A program made the translations under genes and the position numbers. A stretch of 64,000 nucleotides of DNA, taken from the NCBI GenBank assembly GCA_031539345.1, contig JAVKMO010000013.1:1276-65275 (forward strand), read 5' to 3'. Of the stretch, positions 22,001-30,288 are shown piece by piece (the first letter of the stretch is position 1; each line of letters opens with the position of its first letter). The notes beneath the pieces are model-generated. The model saw nothing but the letters and a program-made list of their open reading frames with translations, had not been told where the DNA came from and did not search any database. Source of the stretch: Chitinophagales bacterium (GTDB taxonomy: Bacteria; Bacteroidota; Bacteroidia; Chitinophagales; Chitinophagaceae).

Positions 22001-22613
22001 TGAAAATTTAGGAGAAATCAATCCCATGGCGATAGAAGCCTATCAAGAAATTAAAACCCGATATGAAACGATTGTAGCTCAAAAACAAGATATTGTAAAT
22101 GCAAAAGACAGTTTGTTGCAAACAATTCAAGAAGTTGAAGTAACGGCAAATCAAAAGTTTTTAGAAACCTTTAATACCGTAAAAGATAATTTTAGAAAAG
22201 TATTTAAGGCTTTATTTACCGAAGAAGACGAGTGTGATTTGATTTTAGAAAATCCTGAAAATTTGGCAGAAACAAGTGTCAATATTTTAGCAAAACCAAA
22301 AGGAAAAAAACCATCAAGCATTACGCAGTTGAGCGGAGGAGAAAAAACACTTACGGCAACAGCATTGCTCTTTGCTATCTATTTAATTAAGCCGGCACCG
22401 TTTTGTATTTTAGATGAAGTTGATGCACCCTTAGATGATCAAAATGTGGCGAAATTTACAAACATGATTAGGAAATTTAGTGATGAGTCGCAATTTATTA
22501 TCGTAACGCACAATAAAACAACAATGAGTACGGTTGATGTGATTTACGGCGTTACCATGCAAGAGCGAGGCGTGAGTAAATTAGTGCCAGTAGATTTTAG
22601 AAACTTAGATTAA
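19071..22613 (+). CDS. smc: chromosome segregation protein SMC
   Basis: 1180 aa, GTG start. Walker A GPNGCGKSN, long coiled coils with a central hinge, signature LSGGEKTL, Walker B FCILDEVDAPLD. Confidence 0.9.
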   Translation: MRLHSLEIKGFKSFPDKTVVHFDNKITGIVGPNGCGKSNIIDAIRWVVGEQKIANLRSENLESLVFNGSKTRSSSGVAEVILTFENTKNILPTEYSMVAISRRFYKTGESEYRLNDVACRLKDIQNLLLDTGIGSDSYSIIELGMVDDLIKDKDNSRRKLLEQAAGITIYKIRKKEAKQKLELTQNDLARIEDVLFEIAEQMKLLETQAKRAEKFNEFKKEYKEYSIQFGKLSTNEHGEKLQAINIEIQSVQDGIIVVETNMSELNALLEKQKIQVIEKEKKLQEFQKKYNELLNAITQSENDQKLLVQRGEYLNDRVKNIAGTIQNSSTQLQQLNQAVDLTKQQLAEQEDNIKLFSDNVNLQKEKLAHSKQSIEQQKNHLENIRTENKKWQIQQFDLEKKIAVSEASLNNVNVNLQQIETDSNRRKDIYQNLLLEKEHLEQNLTHQQKELETRKEKNQQIKNLIIEQQETLELEREKLGVENRIFDAKKNEYELLKSVVEKMEGYPESVKFLFNNPNWVNRTIPILSDLIYVQEKYRTTIENYLNQYLNYYVVETREEAVMAVELLFSNQKGKANFLILEEFRHQIKKEKASTENTSNLISALTILETENAYEHLFDYLLGDVYIFNQPIESFATLHHNGVILIDMNGKIVHQQFSVSGGSIGLFEGNKIGRLKNLEKSLEFIHTQTKKVEEQKNRIAHIHQLIVTKNGEIQEQEVQQIQAKVNVLTNEKFALDNKVESTLSLDRVEKKKKEDLEKLKLNYEEGILINKNNLSVVRVDFEKTAELLKNSLVEFEKISTEFVAQQDLYNQTNLTFSQKQNYLNSLKQEEKFKVEQIQNLTQTLTANTTEVEAITKSIAELGEQINQKKNEVLNFYQQKELQHQDLVKEEQVYQTMKYDLLAKENELKQLLKTKEINDKQIAGLKDQATEIKLRLTSVKERLQAEFNIEIDDIEEATAVANMNLDELKTGIEKIKKRIENLGEINPMAIEAYQEIKTRYETIVAQKQDIVNAKDSLLQTIQEVEVTANQKFLETFNTVKDNFRKVFKALFTEEDECDLILENPENLAETSVNILAKPKGKKPSSITQLSGGEKTLTATALLFAIYLIKPAPFCILDEVDAPLDDQNVAKFTNMIRKFSDESQFIIVTHNKTTMSTVDVIYGVTMQERGVSKLVPVDFRNLD

Positions 22614-22677
22614 AATTTGTTCGTGCATAAAAAAAATATTTCTTTCTATTTTTTAATTTTAAACCCCTTTAAACACA

Positions 22678-23388
22678 ATGAAAAAAATCACCACAACGCT
22701 TCTTGCTTTTGCATTTACAGCAACATTATTTGCTCAAAAAATGAGCGTCCAACTGAACACAGGCTACAATTATTTATTAGGAACAAAAATTGATAAATTA
22801 GGACAGGGCGATAAACCTTCTTTGGGAAGTTTTACAGACGGCACTATCCCTGTTGGTATAGAGGCTCGTTATTATCAGGGTGATAATCTGTTTTTTAATT
22901 TAGGGTATTCTTATCATTTTGATTTGGGTCATTCGTTTACAATTCCAGGAAGTTCAACAATGCAACAATCTTCAAAATTAAATCCTCAAACGATACAACT
23001 CGGCGGAGCTTATTATTTAACAAAAGATGCTTTAAAAGTCTATGCAGGCTTAGACGTCAATCTTTACATTGCCAATACAACAATTACTGTTACCAATAGC
23101 TCGATTACGCAATATGTTCCATATTCAAAAATAGAGAGGAGTTTTTCTTATATCACAGCAGGGATAGGTCCAAAAATTGGTTTTGATTATGCTTTGAATG
23201 AAAATTTATTTTTGAATGTAAACGCATACTATAATTTTATTATTTCACAAGCAGATAACAGAAAAGTAAGTATGACTACGACTATAACAACACCTGAAGG
23301 AACAACAAAATCAACTGAGGATCAACAGGTTTCATTTAACAATTCACACTTACTTGGAATAACAGTTGGCATAGGATATAAATTCTAA
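22678..23388 (+). CDS. outer membrane beta-barrel (porin-family) protein
   Basis: 236 aa. Signal peptide ending FAQ, alternating beta-strand pattern, C-terminal GIGYKF. Confidence 0.6.
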   Translation: MKKITTTLLAFAFTATLFAQKMSVQLNTGYNYLLGTKIDKLGQGDKPSLGSFTDGTIPVGIEARYYQGDNLFFNLGYSYHFDLGHSFTIPGSSTMQQSSKLNPQTIQLGGAYYLTKDALKVYAGLDVNLYIANTTITVTNSSITQYVPYSKIERSFSYITAGIGPKIGFDYALNENLFLNVNAYYNFIISQADNRKVSMTTTITTPEGTTKSTEDQQVSFNNSHLLGITVGIGYKF

Positions 23389-23408
23389 ATACAAGAAAGT
23401 TTTACTTT

Positions 23409-23439
23409 GCCCAAGCCTTTTGGTTTGGGCTTTTTTTTT
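23409..23439 (+). terminator. rho-independent terminator
   Basis: GCCCAAGCC tttt GGTTTGGGC, followed by T9. Confidence 0.7.
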
Positions 23440-23470
23440 ATCCTTACGATAATTGACAATTGATTGCATC

Positions 23471-23677
23471 ATGCTCCGAGAAAAAAAATATAAATACTTG
23501 CTCATTGTAATTACGGTTGCTTTAGTGTATTTCAATATTTTTCCTTTCCTTTCTATTGCTAACAAAGTGTGTTTTATTATGGGCATTCCGACTTTGTTTT
23601 TTTATATTTTTTTGATGTGGTTGGTTTGTATTATAGGCGTTGCTCTTCTTACTGAAAAATTGAACAAAAAAAAATGA
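23471..23677 (+). CDS. small 2-TM membrane protein, translationally coupled to the downstream sensor kinase
   Basis: I prefer the ATG at 23471 (MLREKKYKYLLIVITVALVYF...) over the TTG at 23453. Two hydrophobic helices. Its stop TGA (23675-23677) overlaps the kinase ATG (23674-23676) as ATGA. Confidence 0.5.
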   Translation: MLREKKYKYLLIVITVALVYFNIFPFLSIANKVCFIMGIPTLFFYIFLMWLVCIIGVALLTEKLNKKK

Positions 23678-26421
23678 GTTACGGTTTTTTACTTTTTGTA
23701 TCCATCGCTTACCTTTCTTTTTTATTTTTTATTGCTTTTGTAGTAGAAAAATATTGGCACAAATCTGCCCGATTTTTAAATACCTCTTTAGTTTATTCTT
23801 TGTCTTTGTGTGCGTATTGTACGGCATGGACATTTTATGGCAGTGTTGGTAGAGCAAGTGTTACTGGCATTGATTTTTTAGGCATTTATATTGGTGCAAC
23901 AATTGCGGTTTTTTTATTGCCCATTATTGGCAGAAAAATGATTCGTATTACCAAGCACGAAAAAATAAACAGCGTTGCTGATTTTATTTCCAGCCGTTAT
24001 GGAAAAAATACAAGCATTGGTGCCGCAGTAGCCCTACTTGCTGTGTTTAGTATGATACCGTATATCGGCTTACAACTTAAAGCCATTAGCAAAAGTTTTT
24101 TTATGATTCAAACCGCACAAGGAGCTATAAGCAATGCCTATAGCGGATTGTTTTTTTATCATGATACAACCTTGTTGTTTACTATCATTTTAGCTTTTTT
24201 TATTATCATTTTTGGAACAAAAAATATTGTAACAACAGAGCGCCGTCCTGGCTTAATAGCAACTATTGCGTTTGAATCTTTGATCAAATTGATTGCATTT
24301 TTAACCATAGGAGTTTTGGTAATTATTTATTTTTATCAACATTGGAATGCAAATGTTATCAATGAATTATTGCAAGACCATTATGCTTCTACAATTGTTT
24401 TACAAAGTGAAAATTATCCTTACCTCACTTGGTTTAGTCTTATTGTACTTGGGGCATTATCCTTTTTCTTTCTGCCACGTCAATTTCATTTAGGCATTTT
24501 AGAAAACATGGACGAGCGTCATACACAGCGTGCAGCATGGATTTTCCCCCTCTATCTTTTACTCATCAATTTATTTGTACTTCCCATTGCACTACTCGGC
24601 AATATTTTGCTTAAAGATAAGGGCATAGACGGCGACTCTTATGTCATTATGCTTCCGCTTTTTTTGAAACAAAATTGGCTTACAATTTTTGTTTTTTTGG
24701 GCGGTTTTTCTGCCGCAACCAGCATGATTATCGTTTCTACGTTGTCGCTTGCTTATATGGTGAGTAATAATTTGATTTTGCCTATACTACTTTCAATGAA
24801 CAAAATTCAAAATAGATGGAATGCAACGAATGCAGCTTCATTAAAAGTGATTCGTAACATTAGTATTGTTGTCATTTTATTGATTGCATTTTTGTTTGAA
24901 ATATTTATTGCTGAAAACATATCTCTTGTTTCTATTGGCTTGATATCATTTGTTGGCATAGCCCAACTTGCACCTGTTGGAATTTTAAGCATGTATTGGA
25001 AAGATGCTAATTTGAAAGGAGCTTTATGGGCAATTTTGAGTGGCTTTAGCGTATGGGCATTTTGTTTGATTCTTCCCATTTTTATCAATATCAATATCCT
25101 GCCACAAAGCATTATGACACATGGGTTATTTGGTTTTTCTTTTTTGAAACCTTTTCACTTATTTGGAGTTACAGGTTTAGATCCTATTACACATGGGCTT
25201 CTTTTTAGTTTGAGTATCAACTTCTTTATGTTTGTTGTGGTGTCTTTGCTTACACAAAAAACAAGTCGCGAAATTTATCAAGCAGAAGTTTTTGTTGATA
25301 TTTTTAAAAATGAAACTCAATTAGAAGAAAAAAATATTTCATGGCGGGGTGACATTAGTAATAAAAACTTACTCATTTTATTGTCCAATTTTTTGGGAGA
25401 AGAAAGGAGTAAATATTTGTTCGAGTCGTATCAAAATCGACATAAAATAAAAACAGAAGCGAATGGTATTGCAGATAGTCGAATGATTAATTTTGTAGAA
25501 CAAATTTTGTCGAGTGTAATTGGTGCTGCGTCGGCACGGTTGATGGTAGAATCCGTAACCAAAGAAATGCCTGTAAACGTTGAAGAGATGTTGCGTATTA
25601 TTCGAGAATCGCAACAAATTATTTCATTAAATAAAGAACTCACAAAACAATCAATTGAACTTAAAAAAGCATCTGTACAATTACTACAAGCCAATGATGC
25701 TTTAAAAAAAATAGATGAAATGAAAGACGAATTTCTCTATACCGTAACCCATGAAATCAGAACCCCATTGACTTCGATAAAAGCATTGGGAGAAATTCTA
25801 TACGAGCATCAAGACTTGACACCAGAAGAAAAACAAAAATGCTTGAACGCCATTGTAAAAGAAACTGACCGATTAAGTCTTTTGGTATCTGAAGTATTAA
25901 ACTTAGAAAAATATGAATCAGGCAAATATGAACTCGTCTTATCAACATTCAAATTATCTACGGTTTATGAACAAACGATAGAAGCGGTATCACACTTTTT
26001 GAAAGAAAAAAAAATTGTTATTATTCATAATTTAGACGAACAAGATGTAACGCTATGTGCTGATAAAATTTTAATACAACAAGCTTTTTACAACCTGATT
26101 ACAAACGCAATAAAATATGTAGAACCACAAATAGGAAAGATTGAATTTTTAGTTGAGCAACTCAACCCAACGCAGATCAAAATTATCCTTAGAGATAATG
26201 GCAAAGGCATACCATTAGAAATTCAAGAACAAGTATTTGACAAATTTTTCCAAGTTAAGAATCAACTGATAAAAAAACCCGAAGGGTCTGGCTTAGGTTT
26301 AGCAATTACAAAAAATATTATTACTCTACATCAAGGCATTATTTATCTCACAAGTCAAGAGCAAAAAGGTACTACTTTTTATATTGAATTGCCTCTTGAG
26401 CAAAATACAAATGAAAAATGA
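23674..26421 (+). CDS. sodium:solute symporter (SSS/SLC5) domain fused to a histidine kinase (CbrA-like architecture)
   Basis: 915 aa. About 13 TM helices of SSS type are followed by a ~130-aa linker consistent with a STAC domain, then a coiled coil. H-box THEIRTPLTSI, N-box LITNAIKY, G-boxes RDNGKGI and GSGLGLAI. Confidence 0.85.
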   Translation: MSYGFLLFVSIAYLSFLFFIAFVVEKYWHKSARFLNTSLVYSLSLCAYCTAWTFYGSVGRASVTGIDFLGIYIGATIAVFLLPIIGRKMIRITKHEKINSVADFISSRYGKNTSIGAAVALLAVFSMIPYIGLQLKAISKSFFMIQTAQGAISNAYSGLFFYHDTTLLFTIILAFFIIIFGTKNIVTTERRPGLIATIAFESLIKLIAFLTIGVLVIIYFYQHWNANVINELLQDHYASTIVLQSENYPYLTWFSLIVLGALSFFFLPRQFHLGILENMDERHTQRAAWIFPLYLLLINLFVLPIALLGNILLKDKGIDGDSYVIMLPLFLKQNWLTIFVFLGGFSAATSMIIVSTLSLAYMVSNNLILPILLSMNKIQNRWNATNAASLKVIRNISIVVILLIAFLFEIFIAENISLVSIGLISFVGIAQLAPVGILSMYWKDANLKGALWAILSGFSVWAFCLILPIFININILPQSIMTHGLFGFSFLKPFHLFGVTGLDPITHGLLFSLSINFFMFVVVSLLTQKTSREIYQAEVFVDIFKNETQLEEKNISWRGDISNKNLLILLSNFLGEERSKYLFESYQNRHKIKTEANGIADSRMINFVEQILSSVIGAASARLMVESVTKEMPVNVEEMLRIIRESQQIISLNKELTKQSIELKKASVQLLQANDALKKIDEMKDEFLYTVTHEIRTPLTSIKALGEILYEHQDLTPEEKQKCLNAIVKETDRLSLLVSEVLNLEKYESGKYELVLSTFKLSTVYEQTIEAVSHFLKEKKIVIIHNLDEQDVTLCADKILIQQAFYNLITNAIKYVEPQIGKIEFLVEQLNPTQIKIILRDNGKGIPLEIQEQVFDKFFQVKNQLIKKPEGSGLGLAITKNIITLHQGIIYLTSQEQKGTTFYIELPLEQNTNEK

Positions 26422-26530
26422 TAAAAATCTACTATTGATGAGTAAATACTTAAAAATTTTGATAAATTCGTCCAATTAGTGTTTTTACCCCCTCCACACT
26501 CATCTACTATTTTTTACTTATTTTAAATTT

Positions 26531-27913
26531 ATGTTACGATATTTTATTGCATTTTTATTTACACTGATTTCACTTTCTGTTATTGCTCAATCTTCAAAAA
26601 TAGACGATACAAAAGACTACCTCCAAGCCAAAGAATGGATTAAAGCAAAAAGTGCTATCGATGCAGCGAGTGTACATAACAAAACAAAAGACTTAGTAGA
26701 AACTTGGTATTTAAAGGGCTTGGTTTATAGCTCTTTGGGTAATGAAGAAAGTGTAAAATTAAATTATCCGAATGCGAGAGAAGAGTCGTTTGACGCTTTT
26801 CAAAAAGCCTATAAATTAGGTTCTACAGATTTTTTGAAATATGTTTTGACTTATAATGCAGGAACAAATCCGATTTTATTTTTATATAATTCTTATTATC
26901 AAGAAGGGGCTAATTTCTATAACCAGAAAAAATTTACAGATGCCATTGCAGCATTTAAAAAAGCATTGAACGTGAATGATTACATCGCCCAACAACCGCA
27001 ATCAAATCGACCTTTGTTGGATACATCTTTGGTTGTAAACATTGCGTTGTGTTACGAAAATGCAGGCGATAAAAATAGTGCTGCAGACTATTATCAAGAA
27101 ATTGCCAACATGAAAATTGCAGGCGAAACCTACAGCCAAATTTATAGATGGCTTTGTTTTCATTTTTATAAAACGCAGCCTGATACTGTAAAATTGAATA
27201 AATACTTATTTATTGGAAAAAAGCTCTATCCTAAAGATGATTTTTACGCCAAGATAGAATTAGACAGGGTAAGAAATAAAGCAAATACAAATAAAGAAGA
27301 ATTGTTTGATGGCTATGAAGCGAGTTTGTCGCAAAATCCCAATGATTTAGATGTTCTAAAAGCATACGCATCAGATTTGTTTAATTATATTCATCCTAAT
27401 GCGGGAAAAAGACCAACAGAAGTGTCAGGAAAAATTACTCGTTTAGAAGAATTGTATACGCAAATTTTAGAGTTAGAAAAAGAAAAAAAACATGAAGTAT
27501 GGTCTGACTTTGGCAAGCACTATTACAATGAATATTTATTAAAATCTGAGGATGTTAAACCAATTAATATTAAATTAAATAGCATCAATGAGCAACTGTT
27601 TAAATTAAATAAATCTAAAAAAAGAGATGCTGCTTTTACAGAACAAAAAAAATCTTTGGATATTGAAATAAAGAAAGCAAATCTTGCTAAAGACAATATA
27701 AAAACAAACGCTGCCGAAACGCTTGGATTAGCAATTCAATATTTAGAAAAAGCGTATGGTTATTATTATTCCCAATTTACTGCGGGTAGCATGAAATCTT
27801 ATGAAAAAAATATTTTGAAAACGAATATAGATTTACTAATTGTTTGTTATACAGAAAAAAAAGATAAAGAAAAAGAAGCCTTCTATGATAAAAAATACTC
27901 AGAAATAAAATAA
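26531..27913 (+). CDS. secreted TPR-like helical-repeat protein, function unknown
   Basis: 460 aa. Signal peptide ending VIAQ. TPR-like segments (e.g. FTDAIAAFKKALNVND, ALCYENAGDKNSAADYYQE). Confidence 0.5.
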   Translation: MLRYFIAFLFTLISLSVIAQSSKIDDTKDYLQAKEWIKAKSAIDAASVHNKTKDLVETWYLKGLVYSSLGNEESVKLNYPNAREESFDAFQKAYKLGSTDFLKYVLTYNAGTNPILFLYNSYYQEGANFYNQKKFTDAIAAFKKALNVNDYIAQQPQSNRPLLDTSLVVNIALCYENAGDKNSAADYYQEIANMKIAGETYSQIYRWLCFHFYKTQPDTVKLNKYLFIGKKLYPKDDFYAKIELDRVRNKANTNKEELFDGYEASLSQNPNDLDVLKAYASDLFNYIHPNAGKRPTEVSGKITRLEELYTQILELEKEKKHEVWSDFGKHYYNEYLLKSEDVKPINIKLNSINEQLFKLNKSKKRDAAFTEQKKSLDIEIKKANLAKDNIKTNAAETLGLAIQYLEKAYGYYYSQFTAGSMKSYEKNILKTNIDLLIVCYTEKKDKEKEAFYDKKYSEIK

Positions 27914-27960
27914 TTTGATAATCCTTTATTTAAATTAAAGTATAGTATTTAAAAGAAAAT

Positions 27961-28524
27961 ATGAGTCAAGATTTAGCACAAATTATTACGATGACAGAAA
28001 GTTTGATGAATAGATCATTAGACCACTTACAAAAAGAATTAGTGAAAATAAGAGCTGGAAAAGCAACCCCTGAAATTTTAGACGGCTTGGTGGCAGACTA
28101 CTATGGAACGCCAACGCCGTTACAACAAGTGGCGAATATTGCAGCCATAGATGCAAGAACATTGACTATACAGGCGTGGGAAAAAAAGATGTTGCCTGTG
28201 ATAGAAAAAGCTATTCTCGCTTCAAACATTGGGCTTACTCCTCAAAGTGATGGTTTGATATTGCGTATTTTTTTACCACCGCTTACAGAAGAACGCCGAA
28301 AAGAATTGGTAAAAAAAACACATACAGAAGGAGAGGGAGCTAAAATTTCTTTACGCAACATTCGTAGAGAGGCGATTGAAGAAGTTAAAACAAGTCAAAA
28401 AAATGGTGCAAGTGAAGACTTGTGTAAAAATGCAGAAAAAGAAATTCAAACCTGCACAGATAAATTTATTGCACTTGTAGACAAAGCCCTCGTAGGAAAA
28501 GAAAAAGAAATTATGACGATTTAA
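27961..28524 (+). CDS. frr: ribosome recycling factor
   Basis: 187 aa. Typical RRF sequence: LVKIRAGKATPEILDGL, LTEERRKELVK, ISLRNIRREA. Confidence 0.95.
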   Translation: MSQDLAQIITMTESLMNRSLDHLQKELVKIRAGKATPEILDGLVADYYGTPTPLQQVANIAAIDARTLTIQAWEKKMLPVIEKAILASNIGLTPQSDGLILRIFLPPLTEERRKELVKKTHTEGEGAKISLRNIRREAIEEVKTSQKNGASEDLCKNAEKEIQTCTDKFIALVDKALVGKEKEIMTI

Positions 28525-28558
28525 AACACCTCTATATTAGAATAGAATAATTATAACT

Positions 28559-29494
28559 ATGAAAGTAAAACTTTTTTTTCTTCTTGCTTTTTTTCTTGTT
28601 CTTTTCACAAAAAAAGGAGATTTATTAGCTCGTTCAAACATTCTTTTATCAATAGAAAATAAGCCTGTTTCGATAGAAGAAAATATTCTACATTTGATAA
28701 ATGTTCAACAAAATCAGAACAGTGTTCAAAAAAGAACAAATCCGAAACTGTCTCTACAAGCCAAAGAGAAGAAAAAATTAGAACTATTTACTAAACTGAT
28801 TATTAAAAATAAAAGCACGATTTCTCAAGTTGTGTTATGTTATATCGTCAATCAATTTTTATTAACATACGTTTTAAAAAACACAGAAAAATCTGTATAT
28901 CCTTTTTTAAGACGAAAATCAGCAGAGATTAATAACTTTTTGCAAACTCAAGAAGAATACTTAGACCTTGCTGATAAATATTTTGCAAACTCTAAATTGA
29001 GTATAAGTTATAAATATTTGCCTTTGGTTTTAAAAATGCACGAAAACGAGGATAAAAATAAGTATCAAAAGAAACTACAAAGAGAAGATAAACCTTTGAC
29101 AATTTGGAAAATAACCCCAGCATTTCTCAATACTATTTCATATGGAAATGGTAAAAATAAAGAAACAAGTAGAGATTTGACGGTAGCAAAGGCTACTATT
29201 TTTATGGGTAAATATTTTACTGATAGATACGGAATTTTAAATCAAAATACCTATTATGTCATTGTGGAATATCTAACAAGGCATGATGAAAAAAATCGTT
29301 TGTATGATTTATTAAAAGACGGAAAGGCGACAAGTGTAAGTGATATAGAAGAATATTTAAATGTTAAAGACAGAATTAAAATCAGAGAATTTTTAGCCAT
29401 TTATTTTTACGATAATATTCTTAAAAACCCCGATTTTGATTTTTATAAAGACCCTTTCATAATCGACGTTTTGAAAAAAAATTCTCTTTTTTAA
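28559..29494 (+). CDS. hypothetical secreted protein
   Basis: 311 aa with an N-terminal signal-like segment. No family recognised. Confidence 0.45.
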   Translation: MKVKLFFLLAFFLVLFTKKGDLLARSNILLSIENKPVSIEENILHLINVQQNQNSVQKRTNPKLSLQAKEKKKLELFTKLIIKNKSTISQVVLCYIVNQFLLTYVLKNTEKSVYPFLRRKSAEINNFLQTQEEYLDLADKYFANSKLSISYKYLPLVLKMHENEDKNKYQKKLQREDKPLTIWKITPAFLNTISYGNGKNKETSRDLTVAKATIFMGKYFTDRYGILNQNTYYVIVEYLTRHDEKNRLYDLLKDGKATSVSDIEEYLNVKDRIKIREFLAIYFYDNILKNPDFDFYKDPFIIDVLKKNSLF

Positions 29495-29515
29495 ACCGAG
29501 TGAAACGTTTGTGTT

Positions 29516-30250
29516 ATGGACAAAATAGTTGAAAAAAAAAATCTTTTTGTTGCTCTAAGTCCAGCACTTTTACCTCTTTATCCAGTACAAAATAGTATAG
29601 TTGTAGTCATTGATATTTTACGTGCCACTTCAACGATTGTGATGGCAATGCACAATGGTGCAAAATGGGTCGTTCCTGTGGATAGTATAGAAGCATGTAT
29701 TGCAGAAGGAAAAAAATTGAACGCCTTGACAGCTGGCGAACGAGATGGAAAAATCATACCAGGGTTATCACATGGTAATTCTCCTTTAGAATATGAGCCG
29801 CAAACAATAGCGGATAAAGTATTGGTCATTACGACAACAAATGGAACTAAACTATTACATCAAGCCTTTCAGCAACAAGCAGTAGAAATTGTCATTGGAT
29901 CATTTCTCAATATCAGTGCTGTTTGTGAATATTTACGCCAGCAAAATCATCATGTTATTTTAGCTTGTGCAGGCTGGAAGGATAAAATCAATATAGAAGA
30001 TGCTTTATTTGCAGGTGCTGTTGTCAATAAATTGAAGGGTGATTTTAATATTGACTGCGACAGTGCAATGATTGCAGAAACACTGTATCAACATGAAGAA
30101 AAAAATAAAGACACATTCATCCCGCAAATTTCACACTATCAACGCTTGGCAAAATTTGGTTTAGAAAAAGACATCGAATTTTGTTTTCAGCACGATAAAA
30201 GTATTTGCCTCCCCATCTTTGATGGTGAAAAATTAGTGTTATGGACATAA
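29516..30250 (+). CDS. 2-phosphosulfolactate phosphatase (ComB) family protein
   Basis: 244 aa. The VVVIDILRATSTIV motif and overall length are typical of the ComB family. Confidence 0.75.
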   Translation: MDKIVEKKNLFVALSPALLPLYPVQNSIVVVIDILRATSTIVMAMHNGAKWVVPVDSIEACIAEGKKLNALTAGERDGKIIPGLSHGNSPLEYEPQTIADKVLVITTTNGTKLLHQAFQQQAVEIVIGSFLNISAVCEYLRQQNHHVILACAGWKDKINIEDALFAGAVVNKLKGDFNIDCDSAMIAETLYQHEEKNKDTFIPQISHYQRLAKFGLEKDIEFCFQHDKSICLPIFDGEKLVLWT

Positions 30251-30288
30251 TGCAATTTGTGTATTTAAGCCTTTAAAAATCAACATTC

